Of a stretch of 49,219 bases of DNA, positions 20,303-29,924 are shown piece by piece. The notes under the pieces were generated by a model. The model was not told where the DNA came from. It did no database searches and was given only the letters and a program-made list of their open reading frames with translations. Position 1 is the stretch's first letter. The number at the start of each line of letters is the position of its first letter. The position numbers and the translations under genes are program-made. The stretch is from a bacterium (GTDB lineage: Bacteria; Zhuqueibacterota; Zhuqueibacteria; Oceanimicrobiales; Oceanimicrobiaceae), in the NCBI GenBank assembly GCA_046757165.1, contig JBHHXT010000016.1:1-49219 (forward strand). The letters are read 5' to 3'.

Positions 20303-23008
20303 CTATTTTGCAATTTGGCTTATCACCTTTTCCAGGGAGGCGAGCAAGTCCTCCCGGTTGAGTTTTTTCAAATAGTCGTTGACCCCGGCTTCCAGACCAC
20401 GGGTTTGGTCCTTTTGGCTCCCCAGGCTTGACACCGCCACGATGGGCAGGTCTTTGTAGTGCTGGTTTTTGCGAATGTTTTGCGTCAATTCCAGTCCACC
20501 CATCTTCGGCATTTCAATGTCGGTAATGATGAGATCGATGTTCTCAGAGGTCATACGCTCCAGAGCCTCATCGCCATTGTTGGCCTCGAACACGGTATAT
20601 CCTTCCGGTTCCAGATAGGAGCGTTCGATAGCGCGAATAAAAGGCGAGTCGTCGACAATGAGAATATTGGAAATGACTTTCGCCTGCTCCTGAACCAGTT
20701 GCTGTGATTTTCTCTCGAACCAGTCCGGGAATTCATTCGCGATCAACGCAAAGGCGTCCAGGATCAGGGTGATTTTTTCATTGATGATGATGGAGCCCAA
20801 TACGCCATTCTGCTGCAGGGAGGAGGTGTCGATTTCTTCAGTAGAGTCGACGATGTCTAATATCTCGGAAACGATGAAGCCCACTTCGTTGTTTTCAACG
20901 GCAAACACGATGACCGAAAAGGTCTCCTTGGGCGCAGGCGGCTGGATTTGCAGAACATTTTCGATGCGCAAAAGCGGCAAAATCTTGCCGCGATACTTGA
21001 TCACCTCGCGACTGCCGGCACGCTGAATGCGAGATGTTTCAGTCTTTTCCAGGCGTGACACCAGAGATAGCGGAATGGCAACCTGATCGTCGGCATGAAT
21101 GGAGAAGAGCAGAAAGGTGTGGCTCTGACGATTGCTGAGATGGGCCTGCTCTCTTTTCTCGGCTTGCGCGTGGTTCTCCTCTACCGTGATCTTGGCTGTG
21201 TCGGCCAGCCCGACCACGTCAAGGATTAGGGCGACCTTGCCGTCTCCCATCACGGTGGCACCGGCGAAGGCGTGAATGTCTTTGAGATGCTTGCTCAGTG
21301 GTTTGACGACAATCTCCTCGGTGTCGTGAATCTTGTCGACGATCAACCCAAATTGCGTTTGCCCGGCCGCGAGCACGACGATGCTGAGGCTCTCGAGCTC
21401 TTCTGCCGTGCAGGAGTCTAGTTGCAGGACGTTGTTCAGACGCAAGATCGGGAGCAGCTTGCCGCGCAAGCGATAGATTTCGGCGCCGCCCAGACGTTCG
21501 ATTTGGCTCATCTCATCGCCTTCCAGGCGGACCAGTTCGAGTAGATTGATTTGGGGAATGGCAAACCGTTGTTGCCCTGAGGTGATGATCAGCGCCGGAA
21601 TAATGGCCAGCGTCAGTGGTATCTTGATTCGAATGGTCGTGCCTTTTCCGACGACGCTGGAGATCTCAACGTTGCCGCCAATCTTCTCGATATTGGTCTT
21701 GACGACATCCATGCCAACGCCGCGCCCGGAGATGTTGGTGATTTTCTCTGCGGTCGAAAACCCCGGGCGGAAGATCAAGTTGATGGCGTCGCGGTCCGAA
21801 AGGGTGTCCGCCTGCTGCACAGTCATGATCCCTTTGGCGACCGCCTTTTGTCTGATTTTTTCCGGGTCGATGCCGCTGCCATCATCGATGATCTCGAGGT
21901 TGACCTGGCCGCCTTCATGGTAGGCGCGCAAGATCAGGGTGCCCTGGGGGGCTTTGCCAAGCTGCGTGCGCGTCTCCTCGTCTTCGATGCCGTGGTCGAT
22001 GGCATTGCGCACCAGGTGGGTGAGCGGGTCTCTGATCCCTTCGATGATGGTCTTATCGAGCTCGGTCTCCTCTCCTTCGATCAGCAGGTCGACGCGCTTG
22101 TTGTTGGTGCGGGTGGTATCACGGACGAGCCGCGGGAAGCGACTGAAGACATTGCTGATCGGCTGCATGCGCGTTTTCATGACATTTTCCTGCAGCTCGC
22201 TGGTGCAGAAATCGAGTCTCTGGCTTGCGGCGTGGAAGTTGGCGTTCTCGATCTGTTGTGCGAACTGCATGATCTGGTTGCGGGACAGCACCAGTTCGCC
22301 GACCATGTTCATCAGGCTGTCCAACAACCCGACATCGACGCGAATGGTACTGTCCGCCTTGTTCCAACTCTCGGCGATGTCCGTTTGCCGGCGTGCCGCG
22401 CCCGTGGGTTCGGCGGCGGGTGCAGGCTCTAAACTCTCCTCCTCCCTGTCGACCTCTTGTTGCGGTTCAGACTCTTGTGCCAGCTCCTTGTCAGTTTCGA
22501 GGTTTTGTGTAAATATCCCCCAACTGCCATCATCTGCGATAATTTCGTCTGTGGGTTCCTTTGCCTTCTTTGAGCTTTTGGTTGCGGACCTTTGCTTACC
22601 CGAGGAGGCAGCCTTGCGTTTGCGAGCGCTCTCTTTCTCTATTTGCTGCGGGGCGGGTATCGCCTCGAGGTCGACCGCATCTTCGCCGGTTTGTTCGATC
22701 GCCTCGTGCAGAATCTTCAGTTGGTCCAGCGAATCGAGCAGGAACGTAATCACCTCGGAGGTGATGTCGCGCTTGCCATCTCGAACTTGTGTCAAGACTT
22801 CTTCTGTGATGTGGGCGATTTTTTCAAATCGTTTCATGCCGACGATGCCGGAGTTGCCTTTGAGCGTGTGGAAAGCTCGGAAGATCTCGTCGAGCATGGC
22901 GCGGTTCTCAGGATCGTCTTCAATCTGCACGATTTTTTGGTCCAGCAGTTCGATGTTCTCCCTGCTTTCGGTAATAAAGATGTGAATCAGGTCTTCACGC
23001 TGGCTCAT
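20303..23008 (-). CDS. cheA: Hybrid chemotaxis histidine kinase CheA (Hpt-dimerisation-HATPase-CheW-CheW-REC)
   Basis: IFRAFHTLKG, IRVDV.LLD.LMN.VGELVL.RN, DPLTHLVRNAIDHGIE, DDGSGID, SGRGVGMDVV, two CheW-like domains, C-terminal REC (IVDDS, TDIEMP). Confidence 0.95.
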   Translation of the reverse strand: MSQREDLIHIFITESRENIELLDQKIVQIEDDPENRAMLDEIFRAFHTLKGNSGIVGMKRFEKIAHITEEVLTQVRDGKRDITSEVITFLLDSLDQLKILHEAIEQTGEDAVDLEAIPAPQQIEKESARKRKAASSGKQRSATKSSKKAKEPTDEIIADDGSWGIFTQNLETDKELAQESEPQQEVDREEESLEPAPAAEPTGAARRQTDIAESWNKADSTIRVDVGLLDSLMNMVGELVLSRNQIMQFAQQIENANFHAASQRLDFCTSELQENVMKTRMQPISNVFSRFPRLVRDTTRTNNKRVDLLIEGEETELDKTIIEGIRDPLTHLVRNAIDHGIEDEETRTQLGKAPQGTLILRAYHEGGQVNLEIIDDGSGIDPEKIRQKAVAKGIMTVQQADTLSDRDAINLIFRPGFSTAEKITNISGRGVGMDVVKTNIEKIGGNVEISSVVGKGTTIRIKIPLTLAIIPALIITSGQQRFAIPQINLLELVRLEGDEMSQIERLGGAEIYRLRGKLLPILRLNNVLQLDSCTAEELESLSIVVLAAGQTQFGLIVDKIHDTEEIVVKPLSKHLKDIHAFAGATVMGDGKVALILDVVGLADTAKITVEENHAQAEKREQAHLSNRQSHTFLLFSIHADDQVAIPLSLVSRLEKTETSRIQRAGSREVIKYRGKILPLLRIENVLQIQPPAPKETFSVIVFAVENNEVGFIVSEILDIVDSTEEIDTSSLQQNGVLGSIIINEKITLILDAFALIANEFPDWFERKSQQLVQEQAKVISNILIVDDSPFIRAIERSYLEPEGYTVFEANNGDEALERMTSENIDLIITDIEMPKMGGLELTQNIRKNQHYKDLPIVAVSSLGSQKDQTRGLEAGVNDYLKKLNREDLLASLEKVISQIAK

Positions 23009-23020
23009 AGCGGTGGTCCA

Positions 23021-23398
23021 TCAGTTTGTGAGTTTCCCGATTACGGTCAAGAGCTGCTCCTGCTGAAAAGGCTTGATGAGCCAGCCAGCCGCTCCTGCCT
23101 CTTTTCCTTGCTGTTTGCGCGCCTGCTGAGATTCGGTGGTCAGAATCAACACCGGCGTCGCTCGAAAAGAACTGTTCTTGACATTGCGGGTGAACGTGAT
23201 GCCGTCCATGTTTGGCATATTGACATCGGTGATGATCAGATGCACGCGTTCGCCTGAGCTCGCCAATCCTTTGAGCTTCTTGATGCCGTCCAGGCCGTCT
23301 ATAGCCAAGGCGACGTTATACCCGGCATCCTTTAGAACATATTCAAGCGATGACCGGATGGTGACGGAATCGTCGACGACGAGAATGTATCCTGACAT
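23021..23398 (-). CDS. cheY: CheY response regulator
   Basis: VVDDSVTIR, ITDVNMPNMDG, LTTES, GAAGWLIKPF. Confidence 0.9.
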   Translation of the reverse strand: MSGYILVVDDSVTIRSSLEYVLKDAGYNVALAIDGLDGIKKLKGLASSGERVHLIITDVNMPNMDGITFTRNVKNSSFRATPVLILTTESQQARKQQGKEAGAAGWLIKPFQQEQLLTVIGKLTN

Positions 23399-23425
23399 AG
23401 TTTGCCCTTGTGCTTATGAAAATCC

Positions 23426-23740
23426 CTACTGTTCATTCTTTTGAATCGTCAGCATCTTGTCGAGATTGATTGAAACGAACATGGAGTATAAGTTGTCATG
23501 AATCCCGAAGATGACCAGTTCCTTGTTTTGCTGTCGCAGGCGTTTGTACAGAATGATGATCTTTCCGATCCCGGTACTGGTGATAGTCGGGACCAGACTC
23601 AAATCGAGCTTGACGACGCGGTGAGCTGAGGCTGAAAGCTGCTCAAATGCTCGCTTGATGGCCTCGCTGTCGCTTTCTGTGATCGCGCCTGTGATCTTGG
23701 CCAGAATGTCCTTTTCGGATGGCGATATTGCGATCTCCAT
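23426..23740 (-). CDS. STAS-domain protein (anti-sigma factor antagonist, RsbV/SpoIIAA-like)
   Basis: About 104 aa; KITGAI, VKLDLSLVPTITSTGIGKII (variant of the D-S-S/T-G phosphoacceptor motif), LDKML. AGGA RBS before ATG 23740. Confidence 0.85.
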   Translation of the reverse strand: MEIAISPSEKDILAKITGAITESDSEAIKRAFEQLSASAHRVVKLDLSLVPTITSTGIGKIIILYKRLRQQNKELVIFGIHDNLYSMFVSINLDKMLTIQKNEQ

Positions 23741-23963
23741 GACGGTTCCTATCAAGTTACGTTAGAACAAAACGACATCACTGGAAAGACCCGGCTAGGC
23801 AGTCGCCCCTTCGGTCTGATCTTCGTGGAGATAGACGCAGAAATGGACTGTAAGTGTGTGTCGGCTGCGGCGTTCATTTTCACAATGACCGTGTTTCACG
23901 TTCTTCGGGTGCTTCTTCAGCTGTGGGAGTCAAGGCACTGTCGCTGCTAAGCACCATTACAAA

Positions 23964-23990
23964 CAATCGGCGAGTTTCCTTCCGGCCTTA
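23964..23990 (-). promoter_or_regulatory. Putative sigma28 (FliA) promoter for che cluster 1
   Basis: Minus strand TAAG-N15-GCCGATTG versus consensus TAAA-N15-GCCGATAA. Confidence 0.65.
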
Positions 23991-24092
23991 AAACATTTCT
24001 TGTGCACCTCCAGCCCGCGGCTGCTCCTGGACGCTGGAGAGCCGTTCATCTTTGTTCAGGTCCAAGTGGCAAAAGCTGACGCGGCAAAAAGC

Positions 24093-24119
24093 TAAAGGAA
24101 CTTGGAACCATGACGATGT
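24093..24119 (+). promoter_or_regulatory. Putative sigma28 (FliA) promoter for che cluster 2
   Basis: TAAA(G)-N15-GACGATGT, about 110 nt upstream of the cheA ATG at 24227. Confidence 0.55.
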
Positions 24120-24226
24120 AAAACAAGCCAATACAAGTCACGCCTATCGAGCTCATGCCGGTTAGGGACGACTTGGCACTATTCAGCAACGCACCTACAA
24201 ATGACCATATTAATGAGGGAAGACAT

Positions 24227-26548
24227 ATGGCTGATGCTGAACAACAAGAGCTTCTACTGTCCTTTGTCGAGGAGGGGAACGAGTTACTGGATGAATCTGA
24301 ACCGCTGTTGATCGAGCTTGAAACCAACTCGACGGAATCCGGAGAGGTCGATTCTGAAGTCCTCAATACGATTTTTCGCCTATATCATTCTCTCAAAGGC
24401 GGCGCCGGTTTTCTGGATTTGCGGACGGTCGGCAGTGTGACGCACAGAGCCGAAACTTTGCTGGACCTGTTTCGAAAGGGCAAGGGGACGGTTCACAGCG
24501 AGCACATCGACTTGCTGACGCGAACGTGTGACTTCTTGCGGAAACTGCTGGGCAATATTGAATCAGAATTAACGGATGAGGGCTTTGAAGAGGACGCGCA
24601 GGAACTTATTGGCGCGCTGCAAAAGCAAATTGCCACCATCACCGGCGAAGAGCAGGAGGAGGTTCAAGCTCCGCCGGCGGAAGACCCGGCTGTGTCCGCG
24701 GATGAAGAATGCGAAGAAACGGCGCCATCGGCAGACGACCTGGTAGAATTGAAGTTGTCGATCACACCGGAGATGACGAAGCAGTTCGTGCAGGAATCCG
24801 ATGACCTTCTGGCTGCAACCGAGGAAGCGTTCCTCGTCTTGGAAAAGGAACCCAACAGCGAGGAACACGTCGCCTCTGCGTTTCGAGCCTTGCACAGTTT
24901 CAAAGGGAACGCCGGCTTCTTGAGTTATGTCGATCTGGAGCAATTGAGCCACCAGGCCGAAACCGTTCTCGACAAGATTCGTTACGGTGAAATCAGTGGC
25001 AATGCTGATCTTTTCTCCATGCTGTTGGATGTGCTTGACTTTCTGCGTGACGGCGTGCAGCAGGTGAGTCAGGGAAACGAGCCCTCTATCCCATCCGCTC
25101 CCGGTCTTATCAACCTGCTCAAGGACGCGACCCATAAATTGGAATGCGCCGCCAAGGGCGAGGAAGTGGCGGAGTCCACTTCTGAACAGAAAGAGAAGGT
25201 ACAGAAGCCAGCAAAGGCCGCCACCGAAAAACAGAAGCCGAAAACCGCAACCCCCAAAGCAAAGCCCAAGCCCAAGGCCAAAGCCGGCAGCGGGGACAGC
25301 GGTAAAGTCGAGACCAAATCGCGCCAGACCATCCGCGTGGATGTGGAAAAGCTCGAGGCGTTGCTGGACCTGGTAGGGGAGCTGGTCATCGCCGAGGCCA
25401 TGGTGGCGCAGAATCCCGACCTGCAAGGGTTGGATATCTCGTTGGAGAATTTCGAAAAGTCCTCCCTGCATCTCAACAAGATTACGCGCGATCTCCAGGA
25501 CATCGCCACCTCCATTCGAATGGTGCCGCTCTCAGGCGTCTTCCGCAGAATGATTCGCCTGGTGCGAGACCTGGCCCAAAAAACTGGCAAGAAGGTGGAA
25601 CTCGAGATCATCGGAGAGGAGACCGAGGTCGACAAAACGGTCATCGAGCAGATCACCGACCCCCTGGTGCACATCATCCGGAATTCTATCGACCATGGCA
25701 TCGGCAAACCCGATGAACGGAAAAAATACGGCAAAGGCGAAAGCGGACATCTGACGCTGGAAGCCAGGTATGTCGGTGGAGAGGTCTGGATTACGGTTCG
25801 GGACGACGGCATGGGGTTGAATCGCGTCCGGATTCTCGAGAAGGCCCTTGAAAGGGGTTTGGTAGAAGGCAACGTGGAAGACATGAGGGACCAGGAGGTG
25901 TGGCAGCTCATTTTCCACCCCGGGTTTTCGACCTCGGACAAGATTACCGATGTTTCAGGACGGGGGGTCGGCATGGACGTTGTGCGCAGAAACATAGAAA
26001 ACATTCGCGGCAAAGTTGATATGGCCAGTGTCGTAGGGCAGGGAACAGAAGTTGTCTTGCGCATCCCCTTGACGTTGGCGATCATCGACGGCATGATCAT
26101 CAGGGTAGGCCATAGCCGCTATATCATCCCCATCGTGGGTATCAAGGAAACCATTCGAGCCAGTATGGATGACATTACCCAAACCATGGACGGTCAGGAG
26201 ATCATCAGTATCCGCGACAATCTCTACCCCATCGTTCGGCTGCACGAATTCTACGGCGTCGAGCCGACCTTCACGAAATTGTCCGACGGCATCATCATGA
26301 TGGTTGAGGATGCTGAACGCCGATTCTGTTTGTTTGTCGATGAGCTTATCGGACAGCAGCAAATCGTGATCAAGGGGCTGTCTGAATATATCGGTCAGAT
26401 CCAGGCTATCTCCGGCTGCACCATTCTGGGCGATGGCACGGTCTGCCTCATTATCGACCTGACCAGTCTGGCCAATCTTGCAGAGGCGGGCAGGAACGGG
26501 ACCGCGCCGCAAATCGTGCAGGAGGCGGTCGATGAAGTGTTAGTATGA
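24227..26548 (+). CDS. cheA: Chemotaxis histidine kinase CheA with two tandem Hpt domains (cluster 2)
   Basis: IFRLYHSLKGGAGFL and AFRALHSFKGNAGFL; IRVDVEKL..LLDLVGELVIAE, DPLVHIIRNSIDHGI, SGRGVGMDVV, one CheW domain. ATG 24227 follows GAGGGA. Confidence 0.95.
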   Translation: MADAEQQELLLSFVEEGNELLDESEPLLIELETNSTESGEVDSEVLNTIFRLYHSLKGGAGFLDLRTVGSVTHRAETLLDLFRKGKGTVHSEHIDLLTRTCDFLRKLLGNIESELTDEGFEEDAQELIGALQKQIATITGEEQEEVQAPPAEDPAVSADEECEETAPSADDLVELKLSITPEMTKQFVQESDDLLAATEEAFLVLEKEPNSEEHVASAFRALHSFKGNAGFLSYVDLEQLSHQAETVLDKIRYGEISGNADLFSMLLDVLDFLRDGVQQVSQGNEPSIPSAPGLINLLKDATHKLECAAKGEEVAESTSEQKEKVQKPAKAATEKQKPKTATPKAKPKPKAKAGSGDSGKVETKSRQTIRVDVEKLEALLDLVGELVIAEAMVAQNPDLQGLDISLENFEKSSLHLNKITRDLQDIATSIRMVPLSGVFRRMIRLVRDLAQKTGKKVELEIIGEETEVDKTVIEQITDPLVHIIRNSIDHGIGKPDERKKYGKGESGHLTLEARYVGGEVWITVRDDGMGLNRVRILEKALERGLVEGNVEDMRDQEVWQLIFHPGFSTSDKITDVSGRGVGMDVVRRNIENIRGKVDMASVVGQGTEVVLRIPLTLAIIDGMIIRVGHSRYIIPIVGIKETIRASMDDITQTMDGQEIISIRDNLYPIVRLHEFYGVEPTFTKLSDGIIMMVEDAERRFCLFVDELIGQQQIVIKGLSEYIGQIQAISGCTILGDGTVCLIIDLTSLANLAEAGRNGTAPQIVQEAVDEVLV

Positions 26549-26599
26549 CAGGTCACAGACCAGAGAACAATTATCACTAAATCCAAGTAGGTGAGGCTC

Positions 26600-27109
26600 A
26601 TGGTTGACACGAACGTACATGAACCCGAAGCAGTTGAGGATGTTCAGGAAGATACCCAGGAAGGCAAATTTCTGACGTTTGCTCTCGGAAACGAAGAGTA
26701 TGGCATTGAAATACGCAACGTTACGGAAATCATCGGTATCCAGAAGATTACGGATTTGCCTGACACCCCGCACTTCGTCAAAGGGGTGATCAATTTGCGC
26801 GGCAAGGTGATCCCGGTCATCGATGTCAGACTGCGGTTCGGACTTGAAGAACTCGAGTACAATGACCGCACGTGTATCATTGTTGTCAACATCCGCAACA
26901 TGACCGTGGGGTTGATTGTCGATACGGTCTCGGAAGTCATGGATATTTCTGAAAGAGACGTGGAGGCGCCCCCCAAGGTCAACACCACAGCCGGCGCCCG
27001 ATACATCCAGGGTCTGGGAAAAGTTGGGGATGATGTCAAAATTCTCTTGGACACGCACAAGCTCCTTTTTGGCGAGGAACTGGACCAGCTCGCAGAGTCA
27101 CTCCCGTAG
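26600..27109 (+). CDS. cheW: Chemotaxis coupling protein CheW (cluster 2)
   Basis: KFLTF.LG.EEYGIEI..VTEIIG, KGVINLRGKVIPVIDVR.RF, VGLIVDTVSEV. Confidence 0.95.
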   Translation: MVDTNVHEPEAVEDVQEDTQEGKFLTFALGNEEYGIEIRNVTEIIGIQKITDLPDTPHFVKGVINLRGKVIPVIDVRLRFGLEELEYNDRTCIIVVNIRNMTVGLIVDTVSEVMDISERDVEAPPKVNTTAGARYIQGLGKVGDDVKILLDTHKLLFGEELDQLAESLP

Positions 27110-27161
27110 GCGTAGATCCGTGTGTGGGTAGGGATTCTTTTTATCCAAACTCAGGATATGA

Positions 27162-29057
27162 ATGATTAGCCAACGAAGAGCAATGGAACGATCAAACAGC
27201 CTTAGCATCAAATACAAGTTGGTGCTCGCAATGCTGCTCATCGCGCTGTTTTCTGGTGGGATAGTGACGTGGCAGAGTCGAGATGCCTTGCAAGAGATGT
27301 CTGCGCTGCTTTCCGAAGCGGAGTCAAACGAGACGGTTAACGCAACTCCCGGCCCGACCACGGCTGTCGTATTCTGGCTGAGCGCAGTTCTGCCAGCAGT
27401 CGTGGGGCTGTCCCTGTTGCTGGCCCGTTCGATTACCAGGCCCATCAAGAAAATCTCTGACATCGCGGCTCGGGTTGCCGTCGGAGAGTTCGAGCAATCT
27501 GTCGCCATTCATTCTGACGACGAGATTGGCCATCTGGCTGCCTCTTTTCAACAAGTGATCGCTGCGCTCACGGCCAGGGCCAGCGCTGGCCAGCAGATCG
27601 CAAGAGGCCAGGTGGAGGTCGAGGTGGAGAAAGAGTCGGAGCGGGATGAGCTTGGCCAGGCACTGGTCGAGATGAAGCGGGCGCTCGAGGCCAAGACTAG
27701 CGCTGTCAACCAGATTGCGCAGGGCAACCTCGAGGTTGAAGTCGAGCTTGCTTCGGAGCAAGACGTGCTTGGCCGCGCCATGGTCGAGATGGTGAGCAAT
27801 CTCAAGCAAGAGCGCGAAAAAGTTGCCGCTGAAATGGCGCAACTGGAAACCAACCTTGACCAGGCACGAGCGGCGGTGAATGAAATCAAACGGGTCGCCA
27901 CCAACCTGGGCCAGGGCCGGTTGGATGAGCGTGTCCAGCTCGATGAGGTGGAAGCCATGTTCAGGCACGTGGCCGAAGGGTTCAATGCCGCTATTGACAA
28001 CATCCTTGCGCCTATTCAGAGGGCGGTGGCGGTTCTGCAGGAAATGGCAGCCGGGGATCTGAGCAAGACGATAGATGAGGATTTCACCGGGGGCCACGCC
28101 AAGATCAAGAACTCACTCAATCTCACCTTGACTGGCCTCAATGAGACTTTGGGCCAGATCGCTGCTGCCGTGGACCAGGTTGCCACCGGCGCCAGTGAGG
28201 TCTCCAACGCCAGCCAGAGCCTGTCTACGGGGGCCACCAAGCAAGCCAGCTCTCTGGAAGAGGTCACCGCCTCGATGAACGAAATCGGCTCGCAAACCAA
28301 ACAGAACGCAGAAAACGCCTCTCAGGCGAATCAGCTTGCCACCTCGGCGCGCAAGAGTGCTCAGGAAGGCAACAGTCAGATGCAGCGTATGCTGCAGGCG
28401 ATGAGCGAGATCAATACCGCCTCGGATGAAATCTCAAAAATTATCAAAGCTATCGATGAAATCGCATTCCAGACCAATTTGCTGGCCTTGAATGCAGCCG
28501 TTGAGGCGGCGCGCGCGGGGGTGCATGGCAAAGGCTTTGCAGTGGTAGCGGAAGAAGTGCGCAATCTTGCCCAGCGAAGTGCAAAAGCCGCCAGGGAAAC
28601 AACCGAGCTGATCGAAGACTCGGTCGCAAAAGTGAGCAACGGCACCAAGATCGCCAACCTGACCGCAACCGCTCTCGACGAAATCGTTACGGGCGTGACC
28701 AAGGTGACCGACCTGGTTGCGGAGATCGCCAGCGCTTCAAACGAGCAGGCACAGGGCATCGAGCAGGTCACCGGAGGACTGAACCAGATTGACCAGGTGA
28801 CACAGGCCAACACAGCCAGCGCCGAACAGTGCGCGTCAGCCTCTCAACAGCTTTCGTCACAGGCCGACCATGTTAAACAACTGTTGGCCAAATTCAAGTT
28901 GAAGGATGACGTCTCCAGCGTTTTTGGTGAGCCGCAGGTCACGGTTGTTCACGAAATTCCGCAGCAGGCGGAAGAGACGGCGGCCTGGGGGGAGCCTGAA
29001 GTCCGTAAAGAAAGCGGGTTCATTGCCCTGGATGACGAAGAATTTGGAGAGTTTTGA
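27162..29057 (+). CDS. Membrane MCP with very short periplasmic loop, multiple HAMP domains and C-terminal pentapeptide tether
   Basis: Two TM helices about 30 aa apart; repeated HAMP motifs (DEIG.LA, DELGQAL, DVLGRAM); [24 protein letters not shown]-terminus [11 protein letters not shown]. Confidence 0.92.
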   Translation: MISQRRAMERSNSLSIKYKLVLAMLLIALFSGGIVTWQSRDALQEMSALLSEAESNETVNATPGPTTAVVFWLSAVLPAVVGLSLLLARSITRPIKKISDIAARVAVGEFEQSVAIHSDDEIGHLAASFQQVIAALTARASAGQQIARGQVEVEVEKESERDELGQALVEMKRALEAKTSAVNQIAQGNLEVEVELASEQDVLGRAMVEMVSNLKQEREKVAAEMAQLETNLDQARAAVNEIKRVATNLGQGRLDERVQLDEVEAMFRHVAEGFNAAIDNILAPIQRAVAVLQEMAAGDLSKTIDEDFTGGHAKIKNSLNLTLTGLNETLGQIAAAVDQVATGASEVSNASQSLSTGATKQASSLEEVTASMNEIGSQTKQNAENASQANQLATSARKSAQEGNSQMQRMLQAMSEINTASDEISKIIKAIDEIAFQTNLLALNAAVEAARAGVHGKGFAVVAEEVRNLAQRSAKAARETTELIEDSVAKVSNGTKIANLTATALDEIVTGVTKVTDLVAEIASASNEQAQGIEQVTGGLNQIDQVTQANTASAEQCASASQQLSSQADHVKQLLAKFKLKDDVSSVFGEPQVTVVHEIPQQAEETAAWGEPEVRKESGFIALDDEEFGEF

Positions 29058-29924
29058 GTGCGAGAGATGATTCCGGACTTAGAGAACAAAACTTCAGATG
29101 TGATTGAGCTCAATGATAAAGAGTTCAAGCTGATTCGAGACCTGGTTTATTCAAAGTTCGGGATTAACCTTACTGAGCAGAAAAAGGCCTTGATCGTCGG
29201 AAGATTGCAGAAAGTCCTGCGTGAACACGGCTTTTCTTCCTTCTTCGAATATTATGAGCACGTCACCCGCGACCGCTCCGGCGAAGCACTTGTGACTCTC
29301 GTCAACCGTATCTCAACAAATCATACCTTCTTTTATCGCGAGCACGACCATTTTGAATACCTGACCGATACAGTCTTGCCGGAACTCAAGAAACAGATGA
29401 GCAGCAAAGGGAAGATGCTGCGAGTCTGGTGTGCCGCGTGTTCATCTGGCGAGGAATCCTACATGCTATCGATGCTCATCCATGAATTCTTCAAACATGA
29501 GATAAGCAACTGGGATATTGCCATATTGGCAACAGATATCTCCGAGCGTGTGCTGGAAATTGCCAAAGCCGGCGTGTACAGTGATGAGAATATTTCACGG
29601 ATGCCGGACCACCTGAAGCGTAGCTACTTCAAAGCCACGGGCAGTGGCAAGTGGGCCGTGACCGAAAATGTCAGGAAGCTGGTCCTGTACAGACGATTCA
29701 ACTTGATGCGGCCTCAGTTTCCTTTCAAACGAAAGTTTCATTTTGTCTTTTGTCGCAATGTGATGATTTATTTTGACGAGCCAACAAAAAAAGCGCTTGT
29801 AAAGCGCATCTATGAGTTTCTCGACCCTGGTGGCTATCTCTTTATTGGACATTCTGAGACATTGGGCAAAGGTGATTCCCGTCTACGTTACATCAGGCCG
29901 GCAGTTTACAGAAAGGAGGCTTAA
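29058..29924 (+). CDS. cheR: CheR methyltransferase (cluster 2)
   Basis: ISTNHTFFYRE..HF, RVWCAACSSGEESY, ATDIS, FCRNVMIYFD, LFIGHSETL. Confidence 0.95.
   Translation: MREMIPDLENKTSDVIELNDKEFKLIRDLVYSKFGINLTEQKKALIVGRLQKVLREHGFSSFFEYYEHVTRDRSGEALVTLVNRISTNHTFFYREHDHFEYLTDTVLPELKKQMSSKGKMLRVWCAACSSGEESYMLSMLIHEFFKHEISNWDIAILATDISERVLEIAKAGVYSDENISRMPDHLKRSYFKATGSGKWAVTENVRKLVLYRRFNLMRPQFPFKRKFHFVFCRNVMIYFDEPTKKALVKRIYEFLDPGGYLFIGHSETLGKGDSRLRYIRPAVYRKEA

Noticed and set aside
23756..23960. Possible c-di-GMP riboswitch in the long leader of che cluster 1
   Set aside because: Some hairpin potential and a GACGCAG-like stretch exist, but on the wrong strand and without the full GEMM consensus. 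An Infernal/Rfam scan would be decisive.
21939..26100. Antisense ORFs of 300-348 aa opposite both cheA genes
   Set aside because: Ser-rich mirror frames of well-supported genes.
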